A stretch of DNA of 64,000 nt from Nitrospirota bacterium (GTDB lineage: Bacteria; Nitrospirota; Nitrospiria; Nitrospirales; Nitrospiraceae), in assembly GCA_963703955.1 (NCBI GenBank), contig CAVPGK010000011.1, positions 32,001 through 96,000 on the forward strand, written 5' to 3'. Both the position numbers and the translations under genes were made by a program. Each line of letters starts with the position of its first letter. Position 1 is the stretch's first letter. Below the pieces are notes generated by a model. That model was not told the origin of the DNA and made no database searches. It saw nothing but the letters and a program-made list of their open reading frames with translations. Positions 10,460 to 21,772 of this stretch are shown piece after piece.

Positions 10460-11764
10460 ATGCGAGCCTCGCTCCATACGATCGGTTGCCGTCTCAATCA
10501 GGCCGAAACGGCATTGCTTGCGGATCGATTGAGGAAGGATGGGTATCAGCTCGTCGAATTCGGTCAGCCGACGGACCTCCTGGTGCTGAACACATGCTCC
10601 GTCACGGAAGAAGCCGAGAAGGCCTGCCGTTACGACGTTCGGCGAACGCTGCGTCATTCGCCTCACGCTTTTGTGGCCGTCACCGGCTGTTACGCCCAAA
10701 CTGGGGCTGAGGCGCTGCGCCGCATGCCGGGCGTCGATCTCATTGTCGGCGCTCAATACAAGATGAACCTTCCGGAATATCTTCCGGCGCCTCAGGTCCT
10801 GCGTAAGCAGCCTGCCCCTCTGCTTCTCCACACCAGAACCATCGATCGTGACGACTTCGTCCTGGACGGCGTCGGGGAAACGGTGGCCACGCGGGCGAAT
10901 CTGAAAATTCAGGACGGGTGCAATTTCATGTGCTCGTTCTGCATTATCCCGTTCGCCCGGGGTCACGAGCGTAGTCGCCGACTCGACGACGTGCTCCGCG
11001 AGGCGCAGCAGTTGGTCGAGAAGGGGCACCGGGAGTTGGTGCTGACCGGGGTCAATATCGGGCAGCACCGTCATGAAGGGCTCTCTCTCGTGGAACTGAT
11101 TCGGCGCGTAGAGTCCATCGACGGCTTGGAAAGAATCCGGATCTCCTCGATCGAGCCCACCACGATTTCCGACGAATTACTCGACCACATGGCCGCCTCC
11201 GGCAAGCTGTGCCGTTACCTGCACATCCCGCTTCAAAGTGGCGACGATACGATCCTTCGCGCCATGAATCGCCGGTACACGACGAGGGACTATGGAGCTT
11301 TGATCGAGAAGATCGTGCGACGCGTGCCCGATCTGGGGCTTGGCACCGACCTCATGGTCGGGTTTCCAGGTGAAGGCGCCCGCGAATTCGAGAATACCCG
11401 CAGGCTTGCAGCCGATCTCCCCTTCTCGTATTTTCACGTCTTCAGTTACTCCAAGCGGCCGGGCACCGCTGCCGCTCGTCTCAACAATCCGGTTCACCCG
11501 GCGACGGTGAAGTCTCGCAGCCAAGCTTTGTCGGATCTCTCTCGAATGAAGCGATTGGCTTTTTATCAACGGTATACGGGGCAAAAGGTCCGTGTTCTGT
11601 TCGAAACGCGTGACGATCGATCATTTTGGTGTGGTTGTACGGACAACTATCTCCGTGTCGGTGTGACCTGTTCTGCCGATCTGACGAACGTGATTCGTGA
11701 CGTTATCGTCACCGGTGTGATGGACGGACTTGCCGTCGGAGACCTGGTCGAGGCCCAAGCATGA
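10460..11764 (+). CDS. mtaB: tRNA t6A37 methylthiotransferase
   Basis: GCRLNQAE, NTCSVT, VTGCYAQ, KIQDGCNFMCSFCIIP and RIRISSIEP motifs. Confidence 0.92.
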   Translation: MRASLHTIGCRLNQAETALLADRLRKDGYQLVEFGQPTDLLVLNTCSVTEEAEKACRYDVRRTLRHSPHAFVAVTGCYAQTGAEALRRMPGVDLIVGAQYKMNLPEYLPAPQVLRKQPAPLLLHTRTIDRDDFVLDGVGETVATRANLKIQDGCNFMCSFCIIPFARGHERSRRLDDVLREAQQLVEKGHRELVLTGVNIGQHRHEGLSLVELIRRVESIDGLERIRISSIEPTTISDELLDHMAASGKLCRYLHIPLQSGDDTILRAMNRRYTTRDYGALIEKIVRRVPDLGLGTDLMVGFPGEGAREFENTRRLAADLPFSYFHVFSYSKRPGTAAARLNNPVHPATVKSRSQALSDLSRMKRLAFYQRYTGQKVRVLFETRDDRSFWCGCTDNYLRVGVTCSADLTNVIRDVIVTGVMDGLAVGDLVEAQA

Positions 11765-13110
11765 TGAACACGGGATCCCCCTATCGGGTTCACATCGAGA
11801 CGTTCGGGTGTCAGATGAACGAATACGACACCGAGCTTGTGCGTTCCTTGCTCAAAGCCGAAGGATTCTCCTTTACCACGGACAGAGAATGCGCGGATGT
11901 GGTGCTGATGAATACCTGCGCAATTCGGGAGAACGCTCACAACAAGGTTTACGGACACCTTGCCGACTTGAAGGCCCTGAAACGACAGCGAAACCTCGTC
12001 GTGGGAGTCTTGGGCTGCATGGCACAAAACCTCAAGCAGGAGCTGGTGGAATCCGAATCCATCGTGGATGTGCTGGTCGGGCCGGATGCCTACCGTCGCC
12101 TACCCGGCTTGATCTCCCGAGCCATCGAATCCCAGGAGCAGGGTCTCTCATGTAAGGGCATCGCTGTGGACTTGTCCGAGTATGAAACCTACGACGACAT
12201 CTTGCCGGAGAGGACGGAAGGGATCAATGCGTGGGTGGCCGTGATGCGTGGCTGCGATAACTTCTGCACGTTCTGCGTGGTGCCCTATACCCGAGGACGC
12301 GAACGCTCCCGGGATCACGAAGGCATCATTCGTGAAGTTGAGCACCTCGCCGCGCACGGCTATAAGCAGGTCACCCTGCTCGGCCAAAATGTCAATTCCT
12401 ACCGTGATAACGATTGGGACTTCGCCCGCCTGATCACTGCTGTAGCAGACGTCCCCGGCATCGAGCGGGTGCGATTCACGTCCCCTCATCCCAAGGACTT
12501 CCCACCCCCCTTGCTGGACGCCGTTGCCGACCATCCGAAGATCTGCAAGCACATCCATCTGCCGTTACAGTCAGGCAATGATCGTGTCCTACAGTTGATG
12601 AATCGAACCTACAGTCGGAAGGACTACTTGACCCTGGTGGACAACATACGCCGGCGACGGCCGGATATTGTCTTGACCACGGACATCATCTGCGGATTCT
12701 GTTCGGAAACTGAGGCGGAATTCCTGGATACCTATCGGACGGTGCGGGAGGTGGGGTACCATGCAGCCTTCGTGTTCAAATATTCGGAGCGAAAGAACAC
12801 GATCGCCGGCCGCAAATATCCGGATGATGTGCCGGAGTCGATCAAGTCGGACCGTGTCAGCCGGGTCGTCAATCTCCAAAAGCAAATCTCGCTTCAGAAA
12901 AATCGTGAGGTTATCGGCCAAAGAGTTCAGGTGTTGGTGGAAGGCGACGCGAAAAAATCTTCCGCTCAATGGATGGGAAGAACCGACGGAAACATTACGG
13001 TGGTCTGGTCTAAGAACGCCTTATCCGTTCAACCAGGCGACCTTGTCTTGATCAATGTTTCAAACGCCTCGGTCACGACCCTCATAGGCCATCCTCACTT
13101 CACACACTAG
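11761..13110 (+). CDS. miaB: tRNA i6A37 methylthiotransferase
   Basis: TFGCQMNEYD, NTCAIRENA, GCDNFCTFCVVPYTRGRERSR and RFTSPHPKD motifs; C-terminal TRAM domain. Confidence 0.95.
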   Translation: MMNTGSPYRVHIETFGCQMNEYDTELVRSLLKAEGFSFTTDRECADVVLMNTCAIRENAHNKVYGHLADLKALKRQRNLVVGVLGCMAQNLKQELVESESIVDVLVGPDAYRRLPGLISRAIESQEQGLSCKGIAVDLSEYETYDDILPERTEGINAWVAVMRGCDNFCTFCVVPYTRGRERSRDHEGIIREVEHLAAHGYKQVTLLGQNVNSYRDNDWDFARLITAVADVPGIERVRFTSPHPKDFPPPLLDAVADHPKICKHIHLPLQSGNDRVLQLMNRTYSRKDYLTLVDNIRRRRPDIVLTTDIICGFCSETEAEFLDTYRTVREVGYHAAFVFKYSERKNTIAGRKYPDDVPESIKSDRVSRVVNLQKQISLQKNREVIGQRVQVLVEGDAKKSSAQWMGRTDGNITVVWSKNALSVQPGDLVLINVSNASVTTLIGHPHFTH

Positions 13111-13453
13111 CCTCTCGGATCATCTCTCCTTTCCGGTCCCCTCGGCATGACCTTCGGAATTGACGGTCACAGGAGTGGAGACAAAACACGCCACCGAGTG
13201 CACAATTTTGAACTCAAGTTTACCCTTTCAATTTCCGCCGCGAGACACGATTACCGCATCAACACAGCGAATCGCTTTTGATTCCTCTTGAGACTGATTC
13301 GGCATCGGCTTTGCACAGAGTTTGACCAGTTCCAGCGGTTATTCACAGTAGGGCCCTTCGATGAGTTTAGAAAGCTTGATTGCTGCTGGTGTCTTTGGCT
13401 GGCTCGTCATCGGAATGGTGATGATGGGCCTTGGCATCTGGTAAGGAAAGCCG

Positions 13454-14301
13454 CTAGTAGCGACGAAGTGCCGGGACCGGAAGACCCAAGAGTTGTGCCC
13501 GAGCCGCCGCCCAAAGTGATTGCAGAATAGTAGAAAGGTCTGGGGCCGATTTTGTTAGCAGCCTAACGACGCGGCCTTGCACCGACGGCTCCGACACTCC
13601 CGCCAATACCCGGTCCCGGCATCCATCCAAGATCTCTCCGACACTCTCTTCCAGACGTTTCCACCGTTCTTCATCGATGGCCTCGCTGATCATATAGAAC
13701 GACCCGATATAGTCCCATTCGCTCGCCAGCCCGACCTCTTTGGCATCTCGTCCTGGGGTCAGCTCATAGCGCTCGAGCAGAAATTTTCTCGACCCAGTCG
13801 TGATGCGAACTTCATTTTCAAGGATATGGAACACCCATCGTTCCCCTCTTGCCACTCGGCCCGAGGCCATGGCGTCCCAAAGGAAAAGCCGTCGCTCCGC
13901 GAGCCAGAGTCACGTGAATAACCTGACGGAAGCGGGAGCCAGCAAAGGGAATCGTCAGTTCGGGGACCCACTCTAGGACTCCGCCGGTCTCCAACGGTAA
14001 TGCGGGCGACTTGAACCGACGTTTCGGACAGCGATCGATACACCCGGTTGGCGCCGGGGGTGGAAATAATCGCATGCGCCTTCGGTCGCAGCCTGATGTC
14101 GAGGGATAGATGGTCCCCACCCACAAGCCCACCGGATGGATTCAAAAGAAGCGTATAGGCGGACCCTGTCTCGTCGAGATAGATCGGGCGGAAGCAGATG
14201 CCAGGGAATCGACAGTGAGTGCGAGCGATGATCGTCTTATCGTCTTGGCGGACGTACTCGATGCGAAACTTGCCAATTCGTGCACGAGGTGGGTCGGACA
14301 T
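13454..14301 (-). CDS. ureD: urease accessory protein UreD (several frameshifts; start uncertain)
   Basis: LLNPSGGLVGGD, STPGANRVYRS, LEWVPE.TIPFAGSRF and GRVARGERW motifs spread over different frames. Confidence 0.85.
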
Positions 14302-14399
14302 CGTCGGCCCAGGTGTGGTATCGGATGCTTGCCCATGAACGATCGCGGGATTTCCGTGTAGGTGACGCTATCAGAAATTGTGGGAGATTTCCTCTCCTC

Positions 14400-15230
14400 T
14401 CCTTCAGCGGCTCAAAATGGACGAATTGAAGCTACGACTCGTCCGTGTGGAGCTTTGTCGAGTTTCGGTAAACCCCAAGGTCAGATTCAGGGCTTCCGTT
14501 GCGATATACCGAAGCTCGGCGGTCCCCTGATGGATTTGATCCTTTCGCCCCAACTCAACGTTACCCGCGAGATCGCTAGTCCATTCCCGATACCGGAAGT
14601 TATAGATCAAGTTCAGGCGTAAGGGTTGAGCGAGGCGAAGCTCCGCTCCCAGGGATACGTAGTACAGACGATGGGAGACGTCGAGATCCGTTTGAAGGTC
14701 GTTGCGACCTTCGGCCAATCCACGCTCATAGACAAACGCGGGGGTGATGGCAAGCCACTGCTTGACAGTCCATTTCACTTTCAGGCCGGCGCTCCAGAAG
14801 TTGGTGTCGCGCTCGGTGAAGGGTGGATCATACAGCCAGCCCATAGCGCCAGATCAGCGTCGCCGTCCAAGTCTCGCTCAACTGTCGCCGAAACTCGGCG
14901 GCCCCAATGTGAGAGGCGGATATGAGGTCGGCAAACTCGTTTGATCGTGACGTAATCCGGCCGGGTCCGAGGAACTGATTCGGCGTATACCGATAGATCA
15001 GAGTTCGCCGCTTGAAGCGAGAACTGCCAGACCACGTCCTCCGGAGACTCGAGCTGGTGAGCGATCGGCTGACTGATATTCTGATCGAGGGCGAGGCGCG
15101 CAGCAGATGAAAACTGAAAAATGTTCGTTGTGTATGAAGCCCGCGCACCAGCCTGAACCGACCACTCGGCTGCGGCGGGAGCAGAAAGCGTGAGAAGACC
15201 CAACACGACGGCGGCACGGCTGTAGGATTC
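14400..15230 (-). CDS. predicted outer-membrane beta-barrel protein (frameshifted; boundaries approximate)
   Basis: Signal peptide ([16 protein letters not shown]) followed by amphipathic beta-strand-like segments rich in Y/W/G/R across frames. Confidence 0.6.
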
Positions 15231-15239
15231 AGGTACCTT

Positions 15240-15905
15240 TATGCGACCGCGCCCGCTGGGGAATGCGTGTTCGACCCATTCCACGACGCGCTCAAGTCCT
15301 TCGCCGGTCAGCAGATTCGTAAAGACAAACGGGAGGTCGGCGCGCATGCGGCGGCTATCCCGTTCCATAATGGAGAGGTCCGCCCTCACATAAGGCGCGA
15401 GGTCCATTTTGTTGATCACCAAGAGATCCGAGCGAGTGATTCCGGGCCCACCCTTCCGAGGAATTTTGTCTCCCTCGGCCACGTCAATCACATAGATCAC
15501 ATGATCGACGAGTTCGGGGCTGAACGTGGCCGCTAGATTGTCACCTCCGCTTTCGACAAAGATCAATTCTATGTCCGGATGGCGCCGAACGAGATCATCG
15601 ATCGCCTCCTGATTGTGCGAGGCATCTTCGCGGATCGCGGTGTGGGGACAACCCCCGGTCTCCACGCCGAGAATGCGGTCGTGCGGCAAGGCGCCATGCT
15701 GCATGAGAATCTCCGCATCGATCTTCGTAAAGATATCATTGGTGACGACCGCTAGACTGTACCGATCCCGCAGTGTCCGGCAGAGACCTTCGACCAAAGC
15801 CGTCTTGCCCGAGCCGACCGGCCCTCCGACTCCGATAACCGGAATGCCCTTGGCTTTCGCCTGCGTCGGCTTCTCGCCGCCGTGATGATGGTCGTGGTCA
15901 TGCAT
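15240..15905 (-). CDS. ureG: urease accessory GTPase UreG with His-rich N-terminus (3' end uncertain)
   Basis: [39 protein letters not shown] and NKMDL motifs; starts [10 protein letters not shown]. Confidence 0.95.
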
Positions 15906-15955
15906 CTACGCATCTCCTCGTGCGGAAACCGCCGAGCTACCTCGTCTCTTCTCTT

Positions 15956-16642
15956 TTATGATCGGAAGAGCCTCCATTCTAAGCGCCCATGACGCATCCC
16001 GTAAATATCCTGGATTGGAGACCAGGAACTCATTCGGATCGTCGCCCCGGCTTCATGGCTGATTCTGTCCATCAGTGGCAGCCACCTTTCCAGCAGACGC
16101 TGTCCTTCACGCTGACCGATGGGTAGCAGCTTCAGGGCAGCGGAGACAAATCCGACCGCCGTGTGGTACAGAAAGGCTGCGATGGCCTCTTCACGCTTCC
16201 AGCCAGATGCGCCGAGCGTCAATCCCAGGACGACCGCCAAGTGGCCGGGCGTCTGCTCAGTCTCTATTGCAGTTCGGTAGTCCCTGAGGATCTTCCGTCC
16301 TTCGATCTGTTCAGCGGCGATCTTAATGATCTGACGTCCCATTTGGCGACTGGCCAGACGCGAGTCGCGACCGATCTTCATCGCATCAAGCTCATGATCG
16401 GCCGTCAGCGCAGTGTGCAGCCTGCCCGAGGTAGCAGCCCGGTGAGCGAGTTTCACCGCGACCGCCTCACGTCTGCCCACCCCTCCACGCAAGAGATCTT
16501 CGACATAGCGGGACAACTCAGTGGCATTCCGGACCGCACCATCTTGTACCGCAGCCTCCAATCCGGAAGAAAACGCGTATCCACCGGAAGGGAAAAAGCT
16601 GTCGATAAAGCGTAATCCTTGCAGCAGCGCACGTGTGTCCAT
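15956..16642 (-). CDS. ureF: urease accessory protein UreF
   Basis: DSFFPSGGYAFSSGLE motif, C-terminal RLFRS. Confidence 0.95.
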   Translation of the reverse strand: MDTRALLQGLRFIDSFFPSGGYAFSSGLEAAVQDGAVRNATELSRYVEDLLRGGVGRREAVAVKLAHRAATSGRLHTALTADHELDAMKIGRDSRLASRQMGRQIIKIAAEQIEGRKILRDYRTAIETEQTPGHLAVVLGLTLGASGWKREEAIAAFLYHTAVGFVSAALKLLPIGQREGQRLLERWLPLMDRISHEAGATIRMSSWSPIQDIYGMRHGRLEWRLFRS

Positions 16643-16721
16643 TGGTCGATAGAACCCATCACCTGCAATTACGAATTGCTATTCTTTCTAGATTGTTGTA
16701 CATCATTCCTAATCCTTCACG

Positions 16722-18446
16722 CTAGAAAAGAAAATACCGCTGCGCCATCGGCTGCACCACGATCGGCTCGCAGGTGAGGTGCACACCATCAGCCGTCACC
16801 ACATAGGTTTCTGGATCCACCTCGATCTTCGGCAGCGCATCGTTCAGTTTCAGATCGCGCTTCTTTACGCTGCGGCATTGTTTCACCGCCGCGATGCGCT
16901 TCTGCAAACCGAGCTTCTTCGGAATCTCCCGATCCAGCCCCGCCTGCGACAGGAAGGTGAAGCTGGTGCTGCATAGAGCCCGCCCGAATGCCCCAAACAT
17001 CGGCCGTGTGATGATTGGCTCCGGCGTCGGGATCGAGGCGTTCGGGTCACCCATCTGCGCCTGGGCGATGAACCCGCTCTTGAGCACCATCTCCGGTTTC
17101 ACGCCGAAGAAGGCCGGCTTCCAGATCACCAGGTCCGCGATCTTTCCGACTTCGATAGACCCGACCTCGTGTGCGATCCCGTGCGTGAGCGCCGGGTTGA
17201 TCGTGTATTTGGCCACGTAGCGCTTGGCCCGGAAGTTGTCGTGCTGGGACGAATCCTTCCCACCGCCCGGCGAGAGGTGTCCTCGTTGCACTTTCATCTT
17301 ATGGGCCGTCTGCCAGGTCCGGATGATCACTTCTCCCAACCGCCCCATCGCCTGCGAGTCGGAAGACATCATGCTGATCGCGCCAATGTCGTGCAGCACA
17401 TCTTCCGCCGCGATGGTTTCACGCCGGATCCTCGATTCGGCAAACGCCACGTCTTCCGGCACCCGCTTGTTCAGATGGTGGCACACGATGAGCATGTCCA
17501 AATGCTCGTCCATGGTGTTGACCGTGAACGGCATCGTCGGGTTGGTCGAGGACGGCAGGACATTCGGCTCGCCGCAGACCTTGATGATGTCCGGCGCGTG
17601 GCCGCCGCCCGCCCCTTCCGTGTGGAAGGAGTGAATCGTCCGTCCCTTGAAGGCCTTGATTGTGTCCTCGACGAATCCGGCTTCGTTCAAGGTGTCCGTG
17701 TGGATCGCCACCTGCACGTCGTATCGTTCCGCGACGCTCAAGCAGGTGTCGATCGCGGCCGGCGTCGTACCCCAGTCTTCATGCAGCTTCAACCCGATGG
17801 CGCCCGCCTCGATCTGCTCGTTCAAGCCTTCCGGCAGCGACGAGTTGCCCTTTCCCAAGAACCCGAGATTCATGGGAATCCCATCCGAGGCCTCCAACAT
17901 CCGGTAGATGTTCCAAGGGCCGGGGGTGCAGGTCGTCGCGTTGGTGCCGGTAGCCGGACCGGTCCCGCCGCCGATCATCGTCGTGATGCCGGCGGAGAGG
18001 GCTTCCCAATACTGTTGCGGACAAATAAAGTGAATGTGGGTCTCGACGCCGCCGGCCGTCACGATGCAGCCTTCGGCGGAGATGGCTTCTGTCCCCGCGC
18101 CTACCTCCATCCCCCGCGTGACGTTCGGCATCAGATCGGGATTGCCGGCCTTGCCGATGCCGACGATGCGCCCGTCCTTGACGCCGATGTCCGCCTTGAC
18201 GACGCCCCAGTAATCGAGAATCAGCGCGTTCGTGATGACCGTGTCGAGCGCGCCGCTCGCGCTGGTCGCCCGGGGTGACTGCCCCATGCCGTCCCGCAGC
18301 ACCTTGCCGCCGCCGAAGACAGCCTCGTCCCCGTATGACGTAAAATCCTTTTCAACTTCGATGACAAGTTCCGTATCGGCGAGCCGGACACGATCGCCCA
18401 CAGTGGGGCCGAAGAGATCCGCATATTGTTTTCTTGGAATTTTCAC
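16722..18446 (-). CDS. ureC: urease subunit alpha
   Basis: GTG start overlapping the ureB stop; [46 protein letters not shown]; ends QRYFLF. Confidence 0.98.
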   Translation of the reverse strand: MKIPRKQYADLFGPTVGDRVRLADTELVIEVEKDFTSYGDEAVFGGGKVLRDGMGQSPRATSASGALDTVITNALILDYWGVVKADIGVKDGRIVGIGKAGNPDLMPNVTRGMEVGAGTEAISAEGCIVTAGGVETHIHFICPQQYWEALSAGITTMIGGGTGPATGTNATTCTPGPWNIYRMLEASDGIPMNLGFLGKGNSSLPEGLNEQIEAGAIGLKLHEDWGTTPAAIDTCLSVAERYDVQVAIHTDTLNEAGFVEDTIKAFKGRTIHSFHTEGAGGGHAPDIIKVCGEPNVLPSSTNPTMPFTVNTMDEHLDMLIVCHHLNKRVPEDVAFAESRIRRETIAAEDVLHDIGAISMMSSDSQAMGRLGEVIIRTWQTAHKMKVQRGHLSPGGGKDSSQHDNFRAKRYVAKYTINPALTHGIAHEVGSIEVGKIADLVIWKPAFFGVKPEMVLKSGFIAQAQMGDPNASIPTPEPIITRPMFGAFGRALCSTSFTFLSQAGLDREIPKKLGLQKRIAAVKQCRSVKKRDLKLNDALPKIEVDPETYVVTADGVHLTCEPIVVQPMAQRYFLF

Positions 18447-18926
18447 CGGGCCCCTCCTTTCCCAGAGAATCCACACTCGGCCGCGCGAGCAAGGGCTCTT
18501 GCCTTCACCTGTGGGTCATCCAACGATCCATCGGTCAATCCGTTGATGCCGTGCGCCACCCGCTTACCTGCCAGGGCTACGAGGGTCACACGCTTCTCCT
18601 CGCCCGGTTCGAACCGGACCGCAGTCCCGGCCGGAATGCAGAGTTTGAATCCGAACGCTTGCTCCCGGTCAAACTTGAGCGCGTGATTGGACTCGAAAAA
18701 ATGACAGTGCGAACCGACCTGAATGGGTCGATCGGCCGTATTCTTGACCGTGAGTTCTTTGGTCGCGCGCCCTTTGAATGCCTCCACGTCTCCCGCGCCA
18801 AAGAGGACTTCGCCGGGCACGACGGGCTTTGACAACTCTGCTCTGATCGCAGCGGCCAGGGAACCTCCTTTTTTTTGGAGGAGCCTTGTGAGCCTCGGCC
18901 GGGGCTCGTTTGATCTTTGTCGGCAT
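18443..18926 (-). CDS. ureB: urease subunit beta (extra base in T8 run at 18869-18876)
   Basis: [17 protein letters not shown] and [11 protein letters not shown] motifs; removing one base joins [31 protein letters not shown]. Confidence 0.95.
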
Positions 18927-18976
18927 ATACCCCCCTAACTAGACAGAGAATGAGGTTGCGGGATTTGAGAGACTGG

Positions 18977-19279
18977 TTAGCGGATCGGGTCGTGGACGGT
19001 CACCAGCTTGGTCCCGTCCGGGAACGTTCCTTCGACCTGAAACTCGTGAATCATTTCCGGCACGCCCGGCATCACGTCTTTGCGCGACAGCAACGTGGTC
19101 CCGTAGGTCATCAGATCGGACACAGACCTGCCGTCACGAATGCCTTCGAGGACGGCGGCGGTCAGGTAGGCGACAGCTTCAGGATGGTTGAGTTTGAGCC
19201 CGCGCCTCTTGCGGTCTGTGGCAAGCTGCGCCGCCGTATAGATCAACAGCTTTTCCTGTTCCCTGGGCGTCAGATGCAT
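18977..19279 (-). CDS. ureA: urease subunit gamma
   Basis: [19 protein letters not shown] and [17 protein letters not shown] motifs. Confidence 0.98.
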   Translation of the reverse strand: MHLTPREQEKLLIYTAAQLATDRKRRGLKLNHPEAVAYLTAAVLEGIRDGRSVSDLMTYGTTLLSRKDVMPGVPEMIHEFQVEGTFPDGTKLVTVHDPIR

Positions 19280-19395
19280 GGGTCCTCCTCTCTTAGGTTG
19301 ACCTCGTTCCAGGTCTCATTGTTAAGGGGAGAAAGAAGTGGCGCGAATGTACTTTTTCCTAACGCCCCCCCCAGAATTCTGTTGCAGGGGGGCGA

Positions 19396-19425
19396 ATGTT
19401 AGTCTAGGATTTCGCCGCTTGTCAA
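19396..19425 (-). promoter_or_regulatory. sigma70-type promoter candidate for ureA
   Basis: TTGACA-18 nt-TAACAT on the minus strand, ~120 bp upstream of ureA. Confidence 0.55.
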
Positions 19426-19454
19426 CCACCCACTCCCGCGAAGGGAGGCCTCGC

Positions 19455-20504
19455 TTGGCTACCGTGGCGCTCAAGGATCAGTTTCGAGATCATCCTACAT
19501 TCGGGTTCGCGGACTGGGTGCTGAGAGGAATCGGACAGGTGGTGTTTCAGAACAACCCGATCTCGGGCGGGGTAATTTTGGGAGCGATCTTTTACAACTC
19601 GTGGATCTACGGGATTGTGTGTCTGTTCGGAACCGTCATCAGCACGTTGACTGCCCTTTGGTTGAAGGCCGACAAGGGGATGATCAAGGACGGGCTGTTC
19701 GGGTTCAACGGCGCGCTGATTGCGATCGCCCTCGTCGCCTACACGAGCAAAGACTTCACGCACGGTAATCTGCCCAATGGGTACCTCTGGCTCTACATCG
19801 TGTTGAGCGCGGCATTTACGTCGGTTCTAGTTCCTGCCTTTGGAGCTATTCTGGGGCCTCATAAAGTACCAGGACTCACTATGCCTTTTGTATTGGCCAC
19901 CTGGTTCTTTCTGGGCGCGTTGCTGCAGTTCGGCACCATTGATGTGTCCGACGCCCTCAAGCCGACCTCCCCTTCAGACTTTACCGGTCCGAGACCGGAC
20001 TACACCTGGATCACCTGGTTTCACGGAATTACGATGGGCATCGCAGAGATCTTCTTTCAGGACAACTGGGTGACCGGAGTAATCATGTTGATCGGGATTG
20101 CCATCAATACGCGGGTTGGCGCGCTCATGGCGCTCATGGGCTCCACGGTCGCCGTCGCGGTGGCCGTCACGTACGGCGCGCATGATGAGGCCATCCGCGA
20201 CGGGTTGTTCGGCTACAATGCCGCGCTGACCGCGATGGCCCTCGGCGGACTGTTCTCTCTGCTCACCTTACCTGGAATCGTCTATACCCTGATCGGCGTC
20301 CTGGTCACAGCCCGAGTCTGGGCGTCCCTCGGCATTTTTCTAGAACCAACCGGCATGCCGGTGCTGACCTCCGCCTTCGTCTTCGTGACGTGGCTGATGC
20401 TGTTGGCGGAAAAAGGCTTTACAGCGTTGGTCTCCATTCCACCGGCAGAGGCGACCACCCCGGAGGATAATCTGGCGCGGTATAAGGCGAGTCAGAAGAG
20501 ATAA
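19455..20504 (+). CDS. UT-family urea transporter (channel)
   Basis: LRGIGQVVFQNNP, GLFGFNG, GIAEIFFQDNW and GLFGYNA repeats; TTG start after a GGGAGG RBS. Confidence 0.92.
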   Translation: MATVALKDQFRDHPTFGFADWVLRGIGQVVFQNNPISGGVILGAIFYNSWIYGIVCLFGTVISTLTALWLKADKGMIKDGLFGFNGALIAIALVAYTSKDFTHGNLPNGYLWLYIVLSAAFTSVLVPAFGAILGPHKVPGLTMPFVLATWFFLGALLQFGTIDVSDALKPTSPSDFTGPRPDYTWITWFHGITMGIAEIFFQDNWVTGVIMLIGIAINTRVGALMALMGSTVAVAVAVTYGAHDEAIRDGLFGYNAALTAMALGGLFSLLTLPGIVYTLIGVLVTARVWASLGIFLEPTGMPVLTSAFVFVTWLMLLAEKGFTALVSIPPAEATTPEDNLARYKASQKR

Positions 20505-21772
20505 GTCACTTCCAAGGAGAGCGTCGGCTGGTAGTTGGTGGCTCGTCCGCCGACCTGGAACACGTTCTTGTCGGACTTGTCATAGCGATATTCAAGGCGG
20601 GTCGTGATGGTGGAGATGGGTTTGAACTGCAGGGTGGCGGTGACCTCCCATAATGTCTGTGCGACCGGCGGAGCTGGGGCGGTGGAAGTGGCCCCGAAGC
20701 AGACATTGGCCCTGGGCTGATAGGCGGTCGTCCCGCCGCAGGTCGTAAAGCCTCCGGCATCTTCAAATATCTCGCCTCGAAGCCTGACTCCCCATTGGTG
20801 ATTGAAGTCATACATCACATAGGTCGCGACACCGTTCCAACGCGCATTTCCGGCCGAACTGATCACACTACTGTTCGGTTGGTTGGCGTAGTAGGACTCT
20901 AGGACTGCTGATGCCTGCTCAGTCAGGTGGAAGCTGAGAAACCCGCCGACAAGAATGATGGTGCCACCATTGGTTCCGGGTGCGCCCGGCCTGGTTCCTG
21001 CCAGGCCATACAGCGTGAGTCTCACCTTGTCCGATGGCGTGATCGTCAGAGCCGATTCCAGAAGCGGGTCATATTGGGTATTGGCTTGAGCCGAGTTGAT
21101 ATAGCCGATCGCTCCTACGGACAGGGAGACGTGCTCATTGAATGCATAGGATGCGCGCGCCCCACGCGTCGTGAAGGGCTGACCAAGGCCAAACAGCCAC
21201 GAACGGGAATAGTTTGGGTTGCGCGGGCCCTCGATGACTTCGTACCCAACCAGGCCATTCACCTGGCCGAGTGTCACGTCCAATCCGTTACCGATGGGAG
21301 CGATGTGGTGAATATAGAACTCCTGAAAGTCCGCATAGGGGCTCAGATTGACGCCGCCGATAAAGGCGGAATCTTTCCCGGCATTGAATTTGACTTTAAA
21401 CCCGGTTCGATTCAGCCAATCACCGGCGGGCTTCGCCTCCCTTTCAAGGACAAATTGGGCAAGATTCGGCCGAAACTCGTTCGAATTTACGTCAAAGATG
21501 CGGAGCTGATTGATCCGGTTGGAGGGATTGTTGAAGTTCTGCGTGTAGGAGCCTTCGAGATATCCGTAGAACCGAAGACCGAGGGATTCAGACAGAGGCC
21601 GCCCCTCGACGGCTTTCTCAGCCGCCTTGTGACGAAGCGAGACGTGCTCCTGCTCGCCAGCAACCGTGGCCGGCTCTTCCTCGGCGAGCGCATCATGGAT
21701 ATGGGCAATTGAAACCGAAAGGATAACGGCTAAGAGAATTGGACTGGCAGGGAACGGAACAGTCCTATGCAG
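20492..21772 (-). CDS. outer-membrane porin (putative beta-barrel porin-2 type), apparent CTG start
   Basis: Frame is open from CTG at 21772 (7 nt after AAGGAG) with a signal peptide; GYLEGSYT.NFNNP, GYEVIE...N.NYSRS and RLEYRYD; terminal Phe. Confidence 0.8.
   Translation of the reverse strand: MHRTVPFPASPILLAVILSVSIAHIHDALAEEEPATVAGEQEHVSLRHKAAEKAVEGRPLSESLGLRFYGYLEGSYTQNFNNPSNRINQLRIFDVNSNEFRPNLAQFVLEREAKPAGDWLNRTGFKVKFNAGKDSAFIGGVNLSPYADFQEFYIHHIAPIGNGLDVTLGQVNGLVGYEVIEGPRNPNYSRSWLFGLGQPFTTRGARASYAFNEHVSLSVGAIGYINSAQANTQYDPLLESALTITPSDKVRLTLYGLAGTRPGAPGTNGGTIILVGGFLSFHLTEQASAVLESYYANQPNSSVISSAGNARWNGVATYVMYDFNHQWGVRLRGEIFEDAGGFTTCGGTTAYQPRANVCFGATSTAPAPPVAQTLWEVTATLQFKPISTITTRLEYRYDKSDKNVFQVGGRATNYQPTLSLEVTYLF

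Noticed and set aside
14781..15905. 374-aa UreG-beta-barrel fusion ORF
   Set aside because: An internal signal peptide after a cytoplasmic GTPase in an indel-rich patch is better explained by a lost stop codon through a frameshift error.
17169..18278. Long antisense ORFs (also 4701..5579, 20927..21712, 28918..29844, 44007..44633)
   Set aside because: Shadow frames opposite well-supported GC-rich genes, with no motifs of their own.
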